Below are positions 60,742 through 64,000 of a stretch of DNA of 64,000 nucleotides, one piece after another; position 1 is the stretch's first letter; every line of letters begins with the position of its first letter. The notes beneath the pieces were generated by a model. The model saw only the letters and a program-made list of their open reading frames with translations. It was not told the DNA's origin and made no database searches. Source of the stretch: Spirochaetia bacterium (lineage in GTDB: Bacteria; Spirochaetota; Spirochaetia; CAKZLE01); NCBI GenBank assembly GCA_963677595.1, contig OY782041.1, forward strand, positions 800,001 through 864,000, written 5' to 3'. The translations under genes and the position numbers were made by a program.

Positions 60742-61757
60742 GCACGAACACACCGATCCTTGAAGTGAAGGATCTCAAACAGCACTTCCCTATCGAAGAG
60801 GGAGCCATCATCAGGCGACAGGTAGGCGCGATCCGTGCGGTCGACGGAATCTCCTTCACGGTGAACGCCGGGGAGACCCTTGGGATCGTCGGAGAGTCCG
60901 GCTGCGGCAAGTCAACGACAGCCCGTGCCATCGCACAGCTCTATAAGCCAACTGCAGGGGAGGTCCTCTATGAGGGTCAGGACCTGGTAAAGCTCTCCAA
61001 CAAGGAGATGCTGCACATCAGGAAGAACATCCAGATGATCTTCCAGGACCCCTATGCATCCCTCGACTCACGTATGACCGTCCGCAAGATCATTGCTGAA
61101 CCGCTTGAGATCTACAACAGCCGGGGCATCATGAAGATGACTCCTGAGAAGATCGAGCATCGTGTCGAGGAGTTGATGGAACGCGTGGGACTTTCACGCT
61201 TCTACAAGAACCGGTACCCGCATGAGTTCTCGGGAGGCCAGCGGCAGAGGATCGGGATCGCCCGCGCCCTCGCCCTCAACCCCAAGATCATCCTGGCCGA
61301 CGAGCCGGTCAGTGCACTGGATGTTTCCATCCAGTCACAGATTCTCAACCTGCTGACAGAACTCCAGAAAGAGCTCGGGCTGACCTACATCTTCATCGCG
61401 CATGACCTGGCTGTCATCGAGTACATCAGCACGCGGGTGGCCGTCATGTACCTCGGGAAGATCGTCGAGATCTCCGAGTCCAAGGCACTCTACAAGAAGC
61501 CGCTGCACCCTTACACCCAGGCACTGCTCTCCGCGGCACCGATCCCAGATCCGGCGATCGAGAAGAAACGCCAGAGGATCATCCTCACTGGTGATGTACC
61601 GTCTCCCGACCAGGAGCGGTTCGGCTGCTACTTCTATGACCGATGCCCGAAGCGGATGGATCACTGCAAGACGCACATCCCGCCGATGAAGGAGATCGAG
61701 GCGAACCACCAGGTCGCCTGCTGGCTCCATATCGAGGAGAGCGAGTGGCCGGAGTAG
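60738..61757 (+). CDS. oppF: Oligopeptide ABC ATPase OppF
   Basis: [38 protein letters not shown]. Confidence 0.95.
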   Translation: MSTNTPILEVKDLKQHFPIEEGAIIRRQVGAIRAVDGISFTVNAGETLGIVGESGCGKSTTARAIAQLYKPTAGEVLYEGQDLVKLSNKEMLHIRKNIQMIFQDPYASLDSRMTVRKIIAEPLEIYNSRGIMKMTPEKIEHRVEELMERVGLSRFYKNRYPHEFSGGQRQRIGIARALALNPKIILADEPVSALDVSIQSQILNLLTELQKELGLTYIFIAHDLAVIEYISTRVAVMYLGKIVEISESKALYKKPLHPYTQALLSAAPIPDPAIEKKRQRIILTGDVPSPDQERFGCYFYDRCPKRMDHCKTHIPPMKEIEANHQVACWLHIEESEWPE

Positions 61758-61814
61758 CCATACCATAGTCAAGAGTAATCAAGGGAGCTGCCTTCTTAAT
61801 CGGAGGCAGCTTTC

Positions 61815-62351
61815 TTATTTCTCGATGTCTTCTGTGATCTCCATGTCCTGCGAGAGGGGTTTGCCGCAGTAGGAGGCGATCGTCACGGCGGCCTGTTCGG
61901 TCCGGCCTGCAGACTTCTTGTGCCGTATGATCTCGATGTCGTGGATCTCCCCGGACAGCAGGGTCACGGCATAGGTGGTGTAGAGACGGTTCGCACGGGA
62001 CTTGATCTTCGAGGTCACCTCTTTCTGCCCCTTCTTGAAATGGTTCAACTCGAAAGCCTCGATCTCATTGAAGCTGAATTCCCGCCTCCGAGACAGGAAC
62101 ACCAGTCCGATCCGGTAGGATACCAGCTGCCGTTCACGGTCAAAGACCCACTGTTCCCGGTACCCGGCTGCAAGCAGCATGATCACCACGAAGACCATGG
62201 GCAGCACCATGTTCGAAGTGTCGTTCTCAGAAAGATAGGTGCCGGCACCGATGATGATGACGACCGCGAAGAAGAGGTAGACCGCCCGGAAGAGTCTCCC
62301 GATCCCGTAATAGAGGACCCCGTCTTTTTCTGTCAGGTGGAGTTTGAGCAT
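61815..62351 (-). CDS. Hypothetical 2-TM membrane protein with a PH-like beta domain
   Basis: Two TMs, then a soluble beta-rich region; host-like codon usage. Confidence 0.6.
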   Translation of the reverse strand: MLKLHLTEKDGVLYYGIGRLFRAVYLFFAVVIIIGAGTYLSENDTSNMVLPMVFVVIMLLAAGYREQWVFDRERQLVSYRIGLVFLSRRREFSFNEIEAFELNHFKKGQKEVTSKIKSRANRLYTTYAVTLLSGEIHDIEIIRHKKSAGRTEQAAVTIASYCGKPLSQDMEITEDIEK

Positions 62352-62595
62352 AGAACAGACCTTTTACCCTTAACCTTAATAGAAGTAAACATATGATACC
62401 ATGAAAAGATACAACAATTTACCATTACCGTGCAGGATTTTTGAAAAAAGTGCCGTCACTCACCCAATGAAGATTTTCCCTGCATACAAATGAGTAAGAA
62501 TTTATATCGGAGGCGTTAAAAAATCAATTTTCACTTGCTTATTTGCGTATTTTGTCTTAACCTTAACTCTGAGGAAAAAAATTTATTAAGGAGAC

Positions 62596-64000
62596 ATGAG
62601 CATGAAAAAGCTATTGACTGTTCTATTATGTCTTTCCCTTGTACTAGGAGTCTTCATCTCCTGTTCAGGTGAAAAAGAAGAAGCTGCACCTGCAGCAACA
62701 CCTGCAGCTGAACCTGCAGCTACTCCGGCACCCGCTCCTACCCCAGCAGCCCCGGCAGCTGAGGAACCCAAGGCTGAGGAACCGGCACCGGCTCCTGCAC
62801 CAGCTCCCGAGCCAGTCGCTGCTGAACCTGCAGTATTCAAACTGGTTAACGGCGCTGAACCAGAGTCACTTGATCCGCATATGATTCAGGGTGTACCTGA
62901 GCACAGAATCTACGAATCGATCTTCGAAGGTCTCTATGCTTACGATCCTGAAACAGCAGATGCAGTTCCCGGACTCGCAGAGAGCTATGACGTAAGTGCT
63001 GACGGCACTGTATATACATTCCACCTGAGAGATGCAGTCTGGAGTGACGGCGTTGCCATCACCGCTCAGACCGTCGTTGACTCATGGCTGAGAGAACTCA
63101 ATCCTGAGACCGCTGCACCCTATGCATGGTTCCCGTCAATGTTCGTTGCCGGTGCCGCTGAGTACAACGGTGGTTCAGCAGGTCCTGAAGCTGTCAAGAT
63201 CAAGGCCCTCGATGACATGACCTTCCAGATGGAACTCATCGGACCTCTCCCCTACGTCCTCGGTGCACTCCCCCACTACTCATTCGCAGTAGTTCCGCTG
63301 CATGCGATCGAGAAGTACGGCGATGCATGGACATCACCTGAGAACTTCGTAGGTAACGGTCCTTTCACTCTCAACGAATGGAAGCCCCAGCAGTATATCT
63401 CAGTCGTTCCTAACGAGACTTACTGGGATGCTGATGCAGTACAGCTCGACGAAGTCATCTACTACGCAATCGACGACAACAACACCGGGTACAACATGTA
63501 CCTCAACGGTGAGGTTGACTGGATGACCACTGTTCCTAACGACCAGATCGAAGCTGCCCAGATGAGGGATGACTACAAGGCTAACCCACAGCTGGCTACA
63601 TACTACTATGTATTCCAGGTTGAGAAGGCTCCCTTCGATGACGTGAACGTCCGAAAGGCATTCTCACTTGCTATCGACCGAGAAGCCCTGGTAGACCAGG
63701 TCCTCCGATCAGGCCAGATCCCTGCAGTAGGTATCGTTCCTCCGATGACTGGTTATGACGGTCTCGGCTACCCGGAACAGGATATCAAGGCTGCTCGAGA
63801 ACTCCTTGCAGATGCAGGCTATCCTAACGGTGTCGGCTTCCCCAAGACTGTTCTTCTGTACAACACTTCAGAAGGTCATAAGAAGATCGGTGAGTTCCTC
63901 CAGCAGGAATGGGAGAAGAACCTCAACGTAACCATCGAACTCGAAAACCAGGAATGGGGTACCTACCTCACCAACAGGAACGAGGGTAACTTCCAGTTCT
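62596..64000 (+). CDS. oppA: Oligopeptide-binding lipoprotein OppA (runs off window end; missing from the ORF track)
   Basis: AAGGAG-ATG; MSMKKLL...VFISC lipobox, Pro/Ala/Glu linker, NGAEPESLDP, YTFHLRDAVWSDG, VGNGPF. Confidence 0.93.
   Translation, partial: MSMKKLLTVLLCLSLVLGVFISCSGEKEEAAPAATPAAEPAATPAPAPTPAAPAAEEPKAEEPAPAPAPAPEPVAAEPAVFKLVNGAEPESLDPHMIQGVPEHRIYESIFEGLYAYDPETADAVPGLAESYDVSADGTVYTFHLRDAVWSDGVAITAQTVVDSWLRELNPETAAPYAWFPSMFVAGAAEYNGGSAGPEAVKIKALDDMTFQMELIGPLPYVLGALPHYSFAVVPLHAIEKYGDAWTSPENFVGNGPFTLNEWKPQQYISVVPNETYWDADAVQLDEVIYYAIDDNNTGYNMYLNGEVDWMTTVPNDQIEAAQMRDDYKANPQLATYYYVFQVEKAPFDDVNVRKAFSLAIDREALVDQVLRSGQIPAVGIVPPMTGYDGLGYPEQDIKAARELLADAGYPNGVGFPKTVLLYNTSEGHKKIGEFLQQEWEKNLNVTIELENQEWGTYLTNRNEGNFQF

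Noticed and set aside
62586-62884. ORF-track peptides over the oppA start
   Set aside because: They are alternate-frame translations of the OppA Pro/Ala linker; the real ORF starts at 62596 and runs off the window.

Overview
Chromosomal window from a GC-rich spirochaete (Spirochaetota, probably Sphaerochaetaceae/Spirochaetales-like; inferred from gene order and fusions such as yggT-recG-rsmD, fused pyrBI, UPF0158-GNAT and an enlarged OppC). It is mostly housekeeping: recG, rsmD, gatCAB-aspS, a pyr operon, ftsH, rlmKL, eno, rplM-rpsI-recX, rimO-uvrD and oppBCDF plus a partial oppA. The accessory and unusual parts are: (1) a 43-bp direct-repeat-flanked, integrase-free islet carrying an orphan DUF6088/AbiEi-like antitoxin, interrupted by an intact IS1634-family element; (2) an RND-TolC operon with a large acidic multi-domain lipoprotein embedded in it; (3) three tandem divergent small beta-barrel OMP genes sharing an ECF-like upstream motif; (4) a candidate orphan sRNA upstream of ftsH; (5) an Rpn PD-(D/E)XK nuclease followed by an alternative C-terminal cassette; (6) a PyrR-independent attenuator-like pyr leader; and (7) many apparently leaderless genes. 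No rRNA, tRNA or CRISPR array was seen. All family calls come from motif recognition by eye, with no database searches.
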